Positions 8,742 to 18,652 are shown, counted from the first letter of the stretch. The stretch: 64,000 bases of DNA from an uncultured Acidobacteriota bacterium (GCA_963827655.1 CAWHCF010000008.1:128001-192000), one strand, 5' to 3'. A program made the numbers and translations. Notes: generated from the sequence alone by a model not told the origin.

Positions 8742-10709
8742 ATGTATACGGATCATATGTTCCGGGATGAGGAAGGGCGTACCTTCTTAAAACGCTGGAC
8801 AGGCTCGTCTTTTGTGTCTGGAATTTCAGATTTGACGTGGAAGGTTTTGCAGGCCGTGAACCGGCGGCTTCCGGAGGGGGAACTTCCCACCCCCCAATGG
8901 GCGCCGGGTAGAATGCTGAAAAGCTACGAACGGTCGGCGCCACCGTTAGGCTTTCCCAGATCCACAGACTCCCTGTGCCCTCGCTGTGTTCCTGAGGTGC
9001 GCAGCGCCATCATCAGGGGCGAAGCGGATCTCAGTATCCTTGCCGCTAACCATCCTGGAGAAATCAAGGCTGAGATCGTCGAGGAAGCCGGCCGCGTCCT
9101 CATGCGCAAGACTTGCCTGAAACATGGGGTATTTGAAGACGTCCTGTCGTCAAACGCCGACTTTAGCCGGCGCATCGAGGGCCTCTTCTTCGGCCGGGAC
9201 TTCAAGTGCGCCGAGGACGAGAAGATTCATCGCCACGGCAGTTCCACCATCAAATTTGGCCGCGGGGCGGTTCTCACTGTCGACCTCACGAATCGCTGTA
9301 ACATGATGTGCAATCCGTGTTTCATGGACGCCAATCAGGTAGGTTATGTCCACCAGCCTGAGTTTGAAGATATCAAGGCGATCCTCGACCGAGCCGTTTC
9401 CTTCAAGCCCCGCCGCCAGGTAATCGTCTTGTTTTCGGGGGGTGAGCCGACCCTCTCTCCGTTCTTCATCGATGCCGTAGCCTACGCCAAGAAGATCGGC
9501 TTCTACCGCATTATGGCCGCGACCAACGGGATCCGCTTTGCCCAGAGTGAAGAGTTCACGCGCGAAGCGCACGAGGCAGGACTCCACGGGGCATACCTCC
9601 AGTTCGACGGAGTCACCAACGAAAAGAATCAGCATCGGGGAGTGGGGAACCTTTTTGACGTGAAACTGCAGGCGGTCGAGAACATGGCCAAAGTGGGGAT
9701 GAAGACCACTCTGGTAACGACCATCGTGAATGGCGTCAATAATGATGGAATCGGCCCGATTGTCGATTTTGCCATTCGCAACATCGACAAGATTCAGACC
9801 ATTGCCTTTCAGCCCGTTTCTTTCACCGGTCGGGATGAGGAGATAGAGGACGAGCTAAGACAGGCGCAACGATACACCCTGGCTCAAATGGTTGAGGATC
9901 TGAAGGTTCAACTCAAGGCCGATTGGGAGCCGATGCGGGACTGGTTTCCGCTCTCGTCGTACAGTGCTTTCACGAGCGTGATGGATCTGCTCCAGGGAGC
10001 GGATGCACCGTGGGGCTGGAGCGCCTGTAACTGCCACCCGAACTGCGGCATATTTACGCTTCTGGTAGTCAATCGGCGAACGCGCGAGTGGATGCCTCTG
10101 TTCAAGTTTTTTGACTACGAGCAGTTTATTCGCGACGTGGCGGTGATTACGGACACGGCGCGAGGAAAGACGATGACCGCCGCTCAGCTGGCGCTTTCAA
10201 TCATGCGCAACTTCAAGGCCGACCGCGCGCCCAGAGGGTTTCCAATTTCGCAGATCGTGAACCTCTTCAGGCCCAGCTCCGAAAGATCGGATAGCGACCG
10301 GAACGACCGTATGAAGACCCGTTCGAAAGAGGACGACTGGCGCGTCCTTTGCGTGGAAGGCATGTGGTTTCAGGACCTCTGGACCTACGATTTCCGCCGC
10401 ACAGAAATGTGCGTCATTCCCTACGGAACGCAGGAAGGAGAAATCTCATTTTGCGCGTACAACACCGGCGTGGGCTGGCGCCAGATCATAGAGAATATGC
10501 ATCAGACCGCAACCCTGGCTGAGTGGCACAAGACCCAGGGACGACACGAAATCTTTGCCAAGGGAAAGTCTGTCCAATTGCCGACGACGGAGCATAGTCT
10601 GGTTCTTCCCGTATTGAACCAAAGCGAAAGCGGGTCAGGGTGCTGCGACAATCCAGGCCTACTGGAAAAGGACCGGGAACTTCTGGCAACTATCAGGACC
10701 AGCCGGTAG
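8742..10709 (+). CDS. Radical SAM protein, tetraether synthase (Tes/GDGT-MAS)-like
   Basis: SLCPRC..TCLKHG, CNMMCNPC, SGGEPT, ATNG, YLQFDG, FQPVSFTGR, HPNCG, MWFQD..C.IPY..FCAYN. Confidence 0.85.
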   Translation: MYTDHMFRDEEGRTFLKRWTGSSFVSGISDLTWKVLQAVNRRLPEGELPTPQWAPGRMLKSYERSAPPLGFPRSTDSLCPRCVPEVRSAIIRGEADLSILAANHPGEIKAEIVEEAGRVLMRKTCLKHGVFEDVLSSNADFSRRIEGLFFGRDFKCAEDEKIHRHGSSTIKFGRGAVLTVDLTNRCNMMCNPCFMDANQVGYVHQPEFEDIKAILDRAVSFKPRRQVIVLFSGGEPTLSPFFIDAVAYAKKIGFYRIMAATNGIRFAQSEEFTREAHEAGLHGAYLQFDGVTNEKNQHRGVGNLFDVKLQAVENMAKVGMKTTLVTTIVNGVNNDGIGPIVDFAIRNIDKIQTIAFQPVSFTGRDEEIEDELRQAQRYTLAQMVEDLKVQLKADWEPMRDWFPLSSYSAFTSVMDLLQGADAPWGWSACNCHPNCGIFTLLVVNRRTREWMPLFKFFDYEQFIRDVAVITDTARGKTMTAAQLALSIMRNFKADRAPRGFPISQIVNLFRPSSERSDSDRNDRMKTRSKEDDWRVLCVEGMWFQDLWTYDFRRTEMCVIPYGTQEGEISFCAYNTGVGWRQIIENMHQTATLAEWHKTQGRHEIFAKGKSVQLPTTEHSLVLPVLNQSESGSGCCDNPGLLEKDRELLATIRTSR

Positions 10710-10752
10710 CGATAGTGGGAACTGCCCGGAGGGGACACGATGGACTGTCCCC

Positions 10753-10794
10753 AAAAACAGACGCAGGTTTTCGTGACCTGCGTCTTTTTGTTTT
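10753..10794 (+). terminator. Rho-independent terminator
   Basis: AGACGCAGGT-loop-ACCTGCGTCT followed by TTTTGTTTT. Confidence 0.85.
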
Positions 10795-10813
10795 ACCGAG
10801 AGAGTGAACAATA

Positions 10814-11869
10814 ATGGGCCATCGCGTTTCCGAGCTTGCGAGCTTGCTGGGGCTTCCTTTTCGTGGTGATGGAAATCAGCAGGTCGCAAGGGTGTCCAGC
10901 TGGGAGGAAGCCGATCGGTTCTCGTTAGTCTTCAGAGAGAGGGATGCGAGGCGTGGAGTTTTAATGGAACGCCAACCGGCGGCTTGCGTGATCGCCCCGC
11001 CGGACCTGGTTCCACCCGATTGGAACGCCATCCTTTCGGACCAGCCGAAACTGGACTTTGCCAGAGCCGCACAGCTGCTGTCCCCGCGCGTGACTGGTCA
11101 AGGTCTGCGGCATCCCACGGCCGTCATATCGCCCCATGCCACGCTGGCCCAGAATGTCGACATCGGTCCCTACGTCTCAGTAGGGGCCGGAACCAGCATA
11201 GGAAAAGGGGTCATCCTGAGCGCCGGAGTGATAGTGGGCGACGGGTGTATCCTGGGCGAGGAGTGCATACTCTATCCGCGCGTCGTCCTGTACGATGGCG
11301 TGCAGCTTGGTGATCGGGTGATCGTGCACTCCGGGGCGGTGCTCGGAAGCGACGGTTTCGGTTATGTTTTCGACGGAGGCGCGCAGGTCAAGTTTCCGCA
11401 GGTGGGAAAGCTCGTGATCGAGGATGATGTAGAGGTGGGGGCGAATACCACCATCGATAGAGGATCTCTCGGCACCACATGGATTGGAGCGGGAGCAAAG
11501 ATCGACAACCTGGTTCAGGTCGCCCACAACGTTCAGATCGGGCGGGCGGTCGTTATTGCCGCTCAGACAGGAATCTCGGGAAGCACCGTCATTGAAGACC
11601 TCGCCATTATCGGCGGACAGGTTGGTTTTGGGGATCACGCTCGCGTGCAGAAGGGGGCCGTGATCGGTTCCAAGGCAGGCGTTCTGCCGGGAAAAATTGT
11701 TCGCGGAGGGGAAGTGTACTGGGGTGTTCCGGTGCGCCCGCTGCGGGAATTCAAGCGACTGAACGCGCTTTTCGGCCGGCTGCCACAAATGAAAGCCGAA
11801 ATCGACTCGCTCAAACAAGCTCTGGATCAATTGAACCGGGCGTTCCAGAGGATTCAGGACGCGAGATAG
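10814..11869 (+). CDS. lpxD: UDP-3-O-acylglucosamine N-acyltransferase
   Basis: Hexapeptide repeats, GSDGFGY, GANTTIDRG, KIDNLVQVAHN. Confidence 0.95.
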   Translation: MGHRVSELASLLGLPFRGDGNQQVARVSSWEEADRFSLVFRERDARRGVLMERQPAACVIAPPDLVPPDWNAILSDQPKLDFARAAQLLSPRVTGQGLRHPTAVISPHATLAQNVDIGPYVSVGAGTSIGKGVILSAGVIVGDGCILGEECILYPRVVLYDGVQLGDRVIVHSGAVLGSDGFGYVFDGGAQVKFPQVGKLVIEDDVEVGANTTIDRGSLGTTWIGAGAKIDNLVQVAHNVQIGRAVVIAAQTGISGSTVIEDLAIIGGQVGFGDHARVQKGAVIGSKAGVLPGKIVRGGEVYWGVPVRPLREFKRLNALFGRLPQMKAEIDSLKQALDQLNRAFQRIQDAR

Positions 11870-11903
11870 AATTTCCGGCGCCAGGACGCGAAGACGAGGT
11901 CGG

Positions 11904-12908
11904 ATGGCCATCATCGAGGCTCGACAGCTATGCAAAGAGTTCCGAGTCTTTAAGCGGCGTGAAGGCGTTTGGGGGGCGGTAAAGGATCTCTTCCGGCGCG
12001 ACTACGAAACCCTCGCCGCCGTCAATGGGATTGATCTTTCCATCGAGGAAGGCGAATTCGTCGGATACATTGGACCTAACGGAGCCGGAAAATCTACCAC
12101 GATCAAGATGATGACCGGCATTCTCGTCCCCACCTCGGGAGAGATCATCGCCAATGGCTTTAACCCGTACCAGGACCGGACACGATATACCAAGACCATT
12201 GGAGTGGTCTTTGGCCAACGCACCCAGTTGTGGTGGGACATCGCAGTCATCGAAAGTTTCAAGCTCTTGCGCAGAATCTATGATGTCTCACAGGAAGATT
12301 TTCGCCATCGCCTTGGATTCTTCGGCGAACTTCTGGGTCTAGACGAATTCCTGCACACTCCGGTCCGCAAGCTGAGCCTCGGGCAGCGGATGCGCTGCGA
12401 TATCGCGGCGGCTCTGATGCACCACCCGCGAATCCTCTTCCTCGACGAACCGACTATCGGTCTCGACGTCGTGGCCAAGGCTCGGATTCGGGAGTTTCTA
12501 AAAGAGATCAATCGTACCCTGCGCTCGACAATCCTGCTTACTACTCATGACCTCTCCGACATAGAGGAGCTCTGCCGGCGGATCGTAATCATCGATCAAG
12601 GCAAGCTTCTTTACGACGGGTCGCTGGACGGACTGCGGCAGCGACTGGGACGTTTCAATCAGATCAGCATCCATTTGCAGGACCGCCATCACAGGCAGCA
12701 ACTCGATCGGGAACTGGCCAGCGGCAATGGTATTCAATGGGAGCGTGTGGACGATTTGACTTATCGCATTCGCTACAACCGCGAACAGGTTTCATCAGCC
12801 GAGATTATTCGCAAGATCGTCAATACGGTCCCGGTCCGCGATATTTATATCGAGGCCCAGCCGATCGAGGATATCGTCAAGACTATCTACAGTCGCGGGC
12901 TGGACTGA
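11904..12908 (+). CDS. ABC transporter ATP-binding protein
   Basis: GPNGAGKST, LSLGQRMR, LDEPTIGLD; FGQRTQLWWD subfamily motif. Confidence 0.93.
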   Translation: MAIIEARQLCKEFRVFKRREGVWGAVKDLFRRDYETLAAVNGIDLSIEEGEFVGYIGPNGAGKSTTIKMMTGILVPTSGEIIANGFNPYQDRTRYTKTIGVVFGQRTQLWWDIAVIESFKLLRRIYDVSQEDFRHRLGFFGELLGLDEFLHTPVRKLSLGQRMRCDIAAALMHHPRILFLDEPTIGLDVVAKARIREFLKEINRTLRSTILLTTHDLSDIEELCRRIVIIDQGKLLYDGSLDGLRQRLGRFNQISIHLQDRHHRQQLDRELASGNGIQWERVDDLTYRIRYNREQVSSAEIIRKIVNTVPVRDIYIEAQPIEDIVKTIYSRGLD

Positions 12909-12915
12909 GCCTGGG

Positions 12916-13719
12916 ATGAAACGAAAGTTCGAGCTGTATTTTGAATTCGCCAGGGTAGCTTTCCTCAAGATTCTGGCTTATCGCCTTCGGTACTTCACCG
13001 GCATCGTGTCTTATCTGGTCAATGTCTCCGTCTACTACTTCATCTGGCAGGCTATTTATGCCCAGAGCGCTCAGATTGCCGGGTTCAACCTGTCGCAGAT
13101 CGTCACTTACGTGGCGGTGGGCTGGATTATCCGCTCGTTTTATTTCAACAACATCGACCGCGAAATCGCGGCGGAGGTAATCGAGGGAAAGATTGCCGTC
13201 AACCTGATCAAGCCCGTGGATCAGCAACTGATGTACCTCTCTCAAACCGTCGGCGAATGTTGTTTCCGCGCCGTACTTTTTACTCTGCCGGTCGGCCTGG
13301 TCGTGTTTCTGATCTATCCCGTAGGATTGCCTTCCTCGGCCTCGTCTGCCGGTTTGTTTGTCCTGAGCACCGTTTTGGCTCTTCTTATCTTTGCCTGTAT
13401 CAATTTCATCGTGGGTACGTTCGCGCTGCAGCTTCAATCGATCGTGGGAGTGATCCGGGCGAAGTATTTCGTGGTCGAGTTCCTGTCGGGACTCCTGCTT
13501 CCGATTACCTTTTTCCCGGCCAGCTTCCAGCGTATCCTTTCCTACCTTCCGTTCCCCCATATAAGCTATACGCCGCTTCAGATCTACCTGGGCAGGTTGG
13601 AAGGAAAGGCCGCGTGGCAGGCGCTGGCAGTCCAATGCCTCTGGGTCGCCGTGCTGTTTCTTACCGGCAAATCATGCTGGAAATTCTTCACCAAGCGGTT
13701 ATCGATCCAGGGAGGATAG
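12916..13719 (+). CDS. ABC-2 family permease
   Basis: About six hydrophobic segments, SGLLLPITFFP, C-terminal QGG. Confidence 0.9.
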   Translation: MKRKFELYFEFARVAFLKILAYRLRYFTGIVSYLVNVSVYYFIWQAIYAQSAQIAGFNLSQIVTYVAVGWIIRSFYFNNIDREIAAEVIEGKIAVNLIKPVDQQLMYLSQTVGECCFRAVLFTLPVGLVVFLIYPVGLPSSASSAGLFVLSTVLALLIFACINFIVGTFALQLQSIVGVIRAKYFVVEFLSGLLLPITFFPASFQRILSYLPFPHISYTPLQIYLGRLEGKAAWQALAVQCLWVAVLFLTGKSCWKFFTKRLSIQGG

Positions 13720-13723
13720 AGAT

Positions 13724-13922
13724 GACGATTGACGATTGACGATTGACGATTGAAGTGTGGCGGCGGCCGGACGATAGCGTTTCATTCGTCAGTCGTCCAT
13801 CGTCGGTTCTAGATTACCAGAAAGGTTGGAATTGATAGAGAGTGGCAGGAGATTGACCGATTGAAGCGGCTAACGGGGGCATTGGGTTTCAATCGTCAAT
13901 CGTCAATCGTAAATCGTCAATT
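13724..13922. repeat. Heptamer (GACGATT/AATCGTC) inverted-array element
   Basis: (GACGATT)4 at 13724-13751 and (AATCGTC)~4 at 13891-13920, with degenerate internal units. Confidence 0.85.
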
Positions 13923-13925
13923 GGA

Positions 13926-14717
13926 ATGAAGAACCTGATTGTTTTGCTCTGGCAGTACTTCGGACAATACGCGAAGACTCGACTTGCCTACAAGACCGAT
14001 TTCTTTGTGGCCTGTTTTAGCAGCATTCTCGCGACAGTGGCGGGTTACGGGTTTGTTTTGGTGCTCTTCACCCGGATTCCGCATCTGAAGGGTTGGAGCT
14101 TCGAAGAGGTGCTCTTTGTCTACGGCTTCTCCCTGATTCCGATGGGACTCTTCAACATCGTCAGCCTGAACTTATACGAGTTCGGTGATGCCTACATCAT
14201 CGATGGTAAGTTCGATCGAGTTCTTCTCCGCCCGGTTCCCTCCCTGTTTCAGATCCTGTTCGAAACCTTCCGCCTGGAGTCGCTGCAGGAGGTTGTCACC
14301 GGATTGCTGGCCGTCGGCTACTGCTCGATGAAGCTGGATATCCCTTGGAACGTTGCGAACATGCTACTCTTTCCGGTTCTGATTCTTTGCGGGGCGGTAA
14401 TTTATGTGTTTGTATTTGTGATCATCGCCAGTGTGAACTTCTGGGTCGAAGACCGGATCGGGATTGCGCCTCCCGTCTACAACATGATTGCTTTCGGGCG
14501 CTACCCGGTTACCATCTATAATGTTTTTATACAGTTCATTTTGAATTGGATCATTCCATTCGCATTCGCCTCTTTCTACCCGACGGTCCGTTTTCTGGGG
14601 AGAAAGGAGTTCATGAATCACTTTTATCTGATCCCGGTCGTGACCGGCACCGTGGTGGTTCTCGGCATGCTGGTCTGGCAACGAGGGGTTCGTGAGTACA
14701 AGAGTACAGGGAGCTAA
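13926..14717 (+). CDS. ABC-2 family permease
   Basis: GWSFEEV, GKFDRVLLRP, RYPVTIY, C-terminal YKSTGS. Confidence 0.9.
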   Translation: MKNLIVLLWQYFGQYAKTRLAYKTDFFVACFSSILATVAGYGFVLVLFTRIPHLKGWSFEEVLFVYGFSLIPMGLFNIVSLNLYEFGDAYIIDGKFDRVLLRPVPSLFQILFETFRLESLQEVVTGLLAVGYCSMKLDIPWNVANMLLFPVLILCGAVIYVFVFVIIASVNFWVEDRIGIAPPVYNMIAFGRYPVTIYNVFIQFILNWIIPFAFASFYPTVRFLGRKEFMNHFYLIPVVTGTVVVLGMLVWQRGVREYKSTGS

Positions 14718-15465
14718 AATCCAGAAGGAGGGACGCCCAGTCGCGGGGGACGATTCCATTGAGCTGGAGTGGATTTGCCGTTCGGTCCTGCCGGCGATGT
14801 CCCCTTCGTTTCGGGATGGCGGGATCGTTGCTTCTTTTTATCCTTATATCGGTCTGACCCACACGATCCGGCGCCGGAAGGGCGAGTGGGTCATTCGCGT
14901 AAGCGACCACTGCCGGCTCGCTCCCGGGTTGGTTCTTGAGGCTATCGCAATCATCCTTGGTTGCAAGATCCTGCGCCGCCGTCCTCCCATCCGAATGCTG
15001 GACGTGTATGACCAATTCTGCCGGGATCCTGCAGTGCAGGCGCGAGTGCAAGGCCGGCGGAGGCTGCGCGGGCAGAAACGGTTACACACCGTCGAAGGGC
15101 GGCATCACGATCTGGCGGCGATCTATCACAGCCTGAATGAGCAGTACTTCGGTAGACAGGTCGAAATCGACAAAGTCGGATGGGGATTGCGCGCGAGCTG
15201 GCGCCGACTGGGGCACTACGATCCCCTGCACCAGACCATCACGGTAAGCCCCGTGCTTGATTCTCCCAGGGTTCCGCAATCGGTCCTTGCGTACCTGGTC
15301 TATCACGAAATGCTGCATGCTGTGTTTGAAGATACCGCGGGTCCCGGGAGGAAGCGTCATCACCCGCCCGAGTTCAGGCGGGCCGAGCGCGCGTATCCGA
15401 CATATGATTCGGCCAGGAAATTCCTGGATAGATTCTGCCAGAACAGAGCCCAGGAACCCGACTGA
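14692..15465 (+). CDS. SprT/M48-like zinc metalloprotease family protein
   Basis: YLVYHEMLH (HEXXH) and downstream HPPEFR; start uncertain. Confidence 0.75.
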   Translation: MSTRVQGAKIQKEGRPVAGDDSIELEWICRSVLPAMSPSFRDGGIVASFYPYIGLTHTIRRRKGEWVIRVSDHCRLAPGLVLEAIAIILGCKILRRRPPIRMLDVYDQFCRDPAVQARVQGRRRLRGQKRLHTVEGRHHDLAAIYHSLNEQYFGRQVEIDKVGWGLRASWRRLGHYDPLHQTITVSPVLDSPRVPQSVLAYLVYHEMLHAVFEDTAGPGRKRHHPPEFRRAERAYPTYDSARKFLDRFCQNRAQEPD

Positions 15466-15512
15466 CCCTGGGTCTTTTCGCCTTGTTCGCAGAAAGAAGA
15501 TGAGGCTGAGAA

Positions 15513-16154
15513 ATGAGATGTTCACTGTGTAATCAGCGGAAAGGGAAGAGGCATTGCCCGGCCAAGAACGCAATGATCTGCGCCCAGTGTTGCGGCGAGA
15601 AGCGCATCCTGGAAATTGACTGCCCCGAGACCTGTCAATACCTTCAGATTGGACGTAGCCACGAAGCCAGTCAGGAGGGTGCGCGCCACTTATGGCGCGC
15701 GGATCCGATGAAACAGGGAAAGTATGATCGCGTCCTTTCGGAGTTTCCGGAGGTTGTTTCCCGGCTTCAGTTTCGTCTGGCCGAAGAGCGATGGGGATCG
15801 CGCGACTTGACCGACAGGGATGTCGCCGAAGCCTTGGGCCTGCTGCTTGAAACCTATCGGACAGAGGATCGAGGCGTCCTCTACGATCACGTTTCCAATG
15901 ATCTCAGGGTGGACTCGCTGCGGAGGCAACTCCGAGATTTGATGGAGGCACTCCGGAACCCTGAAGAATCCGGTGAAAAACGGCTTCTCTTGCGGGACGC
16001 TATCGACTGCCTGGAGTTCATGCACGACTGGGTGACGAGTCACATGAAGGATCGGCTGGCGTCGATGAGCTTTATTGATTTTCTAGCTCGACATGTTCCT
16101 CGTCCAAACCAGGTGAAGGATTCCGGATCTTCCATCATCATTCCGGGCCGTTGA
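15513..16154 (+). CDS. Hypothetical protein with Cys-rich N-terminal (zinc-binding) domain
   Basis: CxxC..C..CxxCC..CxxxC in the first ~45 aa. Confidence 0.75.
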   Translation: MRCSLCNQRKGKRHCPAKNAMICAQCCGEKRILEIDCPETCQYLQIGRSHEASQEGARHLWRADPMKQGKYDRVLSEFPEVVSRLQFRLAEERWGSRDLTDRDVAEALGLLLETYRTEDRGVLYDHVSNDLRVDSLRRQLRDLMEALRNPEESGEKRLLLRDAIDCLEFMHDWVTSHMKDRLASMSFIDFLARHVPRPNQVKDSGSSIIIPGR

Positions 16155-16295
16155 TTTCTTGGCGTCCTTAGGCGCTTAGTGAAACGTTCAAACCGACATG
16201 TTCTCGTTCGCGAGGGCCTTTCGTTCGGGGCGAAGTCCCCGAACGAACCTTAGCATCTTCCAGTGGTTTTCATTGCGGTATTGTTGCCACACACT

Positions 16296-17297
16296 ATGGT
16301 ACTGGCCAGGTATAACTGCGACAGGAACCGACTGATCGAAGCGGTAGGCCGATTTAGCCGAAAGCGAATTCTGGTTATCGGCGACGTGATGCTGGACCGT
16401 TTCATCTGGGGTGCTGTCTCCAGAATCAGTCCGGAAGCGCCGGTTCCGGTCGTCGAAATTCGGAGTGAAAGCACCTGCCTGGGCGGCGCCGCCAACGTTT
16501 CTGCCAACGTGAGCAGTCTTGGCGCTGTTCCGATTCCCATCGGGGTGGTTGGGAGCGATTTCGAAGGGAAGCGGCTTCAGGAGGAGTTTCGCGCGCTGGG
16601 AGCTCCTGTGACCGGGCTGGTCGCTGACCGCGAGCGCGCAACCAGCGTCAAGACACGCATAATCGCGCATAACCAGCAGGTCTGCCGCACCGACCGCGAG
16701 GACCGGATGCCGCTTTCGGCCGCCATTCAGGAAAGAATATTCCGCCAATTCAAAGCCGCGCTAGAAAGGGCCGACGCGATCATTATTTCAGATTACGCCA
16801 AGGGACTTCTCTCCAGGCCTCTGCTCCGGAAGATCCTGCCCGCGGCGCGAGCTGCGGGGAAGATCGTGTGCATCGATCCCAAACTTCGGAACCTTGCCGC
16901 CTACCAGCCGGCCACGGTCATCACGCCCAATACACAGGAAGCAGAGCGGGCCTCCGGAATTGCGATTTCCAATACGCGAGAACTGGTGCTCGCAGGCAAA
17001 AAGATCATCAGACTAACCCGAGTGCGGTACTTGCTTGTGACGCGCGGAGAAAAAGGAATGGCTCTTTTTGAAGGGGACTCCCGTGTGACGCACATTCCAA
17101 CGGTAGCCCGGGAAGTATTCGATGTTACCGGCGCCGGCGACACGGTGATTTCCACGCTTGCTTTAGGGCTAGTGTCGCGTCTGTCGATCCTGGAAGCAGC
17201 CGTGCTGTCGAATATTGCGGCCGGTATCGTGGTAGGGAAGCTTGGCACAGCCTCGGTGACACCAGAGGAGCTAGTCTCGCGGGTTCGAGATTCCTGA
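16296..17297 (+). CDS. rfaE1: D-glycero-D-manno-heptose-7-phosphate kinase (HldE domain I)
   Basis: GDVMLD, RISPEAPVPV, SDYAKG, DVTGAGDTV. Confidence 0.93.
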   Translation: MVLARYNCDRNRLIEAVGRFSRKRILVIGDVMLDRFIWGAVSRISPEAPVPVVEIRSESTCLGGAANVSANVSSLGAVPIPIGVVGSDFEGKRLQEEFRALGAPVTGLVADRERATSVKTRIIAHNQQVCRTDREDRMPLSAAIQERIFRQFKAALERADAIIISDYAKGLLSRPLLRKILPAARAAGKIVCIDPKLRNLAAYQPATVITPNTQEAERASGIAISNTRELVLAGKKIIRLTRVRYLLVTRGEKGMALFEGDSRVTHIPTVAREVFDVTGAGDTVISTLALGLVSRLSILEAAVLSNIAAGIVVGKLGTASVTPEELVSRVRDS

Positions 17298-17334
17298 CGA
17301 CCTTAAGGCCTGGTTTCTCTTGGCTGCGTAGTCC

Positions 17335-17494
17335 GGCACCCTCAGGATCGCGCCCCTTCGGGCTGCGGCCCGCAGGCCTGCTGGCTTTGTTGCTCGCTCC
17401 TCACGTACCGACCCGCGTACGCATCGTCGCTCGCGCCTCGCCAGCGTGCCTGGGGCCTGCCGCAGAACGTGAGCTTATTTCTGCGCGAACCCTA
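17335..17494 (-). mobile_element. Putative MITE-like structured remnant
   Basis: The minus strand begins TAGGGTTCGCGCAGAAATAA at the GT9 stop codon and contains several internal stems; no second terminal repeat was found. Confidence 0.4.
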
Positions 17495-18652
17495 AGAAGG
17501 GCTCTTGGCGTCTGCGCGTCGTTGGGATAAGCCTGCGGTCCGGGCCAGGATTCGCTCGCACGCTTCAAAAACTCTTTCGACCGAGATCTCCAGGATGCAC
17601 TTCGGCTCTCCAAAGGCCTCGCAGGTATATCCCGGGCAGGGCATGCATGGCAGATCGGACCGAACCAGTTCATAGTCCGTGCCCCACGGATGCCAGGCGA
17701 CAAAGTTCGAAGATCCCCACACCACGACGACCGGTTTCATGAGCGCCGCGGCTGCATGAGTCGCACCGCCGTCGTTTCCTACAAAAAGCCGGCAATCCTG
17801 AATGAGAGCGAAGAGCCCGGCGGCATCAAGATCCGACCAGTAGAAATGGCTCCTGGACGCGCTGTGCGCTATCTTGTGCAAGGTACGGGATTCGTGAGGG
17901 GCTCCTGTGAACACTACCGGCAGCCCGTACCGCTGCTCAAGCCGATCTCCCAGCTGGGCGAACTTTCCTTCTTCCCACTGCTTGGTAAAAAGGGTTGCGG
18001 TGGGCGCTATCAAGAAATAGTGGTCGAGCCTGATGCCGCTGCGCCGAAGCCGGTCTCGCACTCGATCGGTGGCGAGCGGATCGATCTGCAGAGTGCTGCG
18101 CGGTTTGTCCGAAACGGGAAGCCCGAGCCAGCGAAGAAGCGTCAGCTGGTGTTCAACTGTGTGAAGACGGCTTCGCTGCCAGACTTCCGAAGCCGGGGGG
18201 ATGCGGACGTTGTACGCCCATGCGGCACGATAGCTTGCGTGGCCGATCCGGAGCTTTGCTCCGCTTGCGAGCGTGAACAGCAGCGAGGTTGTGCCGCCAT
18301 GGAGGTTCAGGACCGCCCCGTACTGCCGCCGGCGAATCTCGAGGAGCGCTCGAATTCGATTCCAGCCGCCGGAAGAGTGGTTTCGCGGTCTGACGATCAG
18401 TGTTTCGTGAACAGCGGGATGGCGCGAGAAAACCGAAGCGTAAGGGGTCTCGCTGAGTACGTCCAGAGCTAAATCCGGGCGCCACCCGTGAAGCGACTCG
18501 ATCAGTGGAAGAGTGAGGATCGAATCTCCGAGTGAACGCAGGCGGATGAGGAGAATCCGAGGAATTTGCTGCAGTACTCCAGCTAAGTCAGCCGGATTGC
18601 GGATTGCGGATTGCGGATTGCGGATTAAACCATCGTGGCGAGCAAATTTCAT
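17492..18652 (-). CDS. Glycosyltransferase family 9 (LPS heptosyltransferase-like)
   Basis: ILLIRLRSLGD, KQW, VGNDGGATHAAAAL, PCMPC..C..C. Confidence 0.9.
   Translation of the reverse strand: MKFARHDGLIRNPQSAIRNPADLAGVLQQIPRILLIRLRSLGDSILTLPLIESLHGWRPDLALDVLSETPYASVFSRHPAVHETLIVRPRNHSSGGWNRIRALLEIRRRQYGAVLNLHGGTTSLLFTLASGAKLRIGHASYRAAWAYNVRIPPASEVWQRSRLHTVEHQLTLLRWLGLPVSDKPRSTLQIDPLATDRVRDRLRRSGIRLDHYFLIAPTATLFTKQWEEGKFAQLGDRLEQRYGLPVVFTGAPHESRTLHKIAHSASRSHFYWSDLDAAGLFALIQDCRLFVGNDGGATHAAAALMKPVVVVWGSSNFVAWHPWGTDYELVRSDLPCMPCPGYTCEAFGEPKCILEISVERVFEACERILARTAGLSQRRADAKSPS

Noticed and set aside
8820-8840. ATTTCAG/ATTTGAC heptamer-like stretch in the Tes homolog
   Set aside because: Only two imperfect units inside normal coding sequence; probably chance.
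16220-16247. Hairpin TTCGTTCGGGG-CGAAGT-CCCCGAACGAA as a terminator
   Set aside because: No U-tract and single copy in the window; function cannot be supported.
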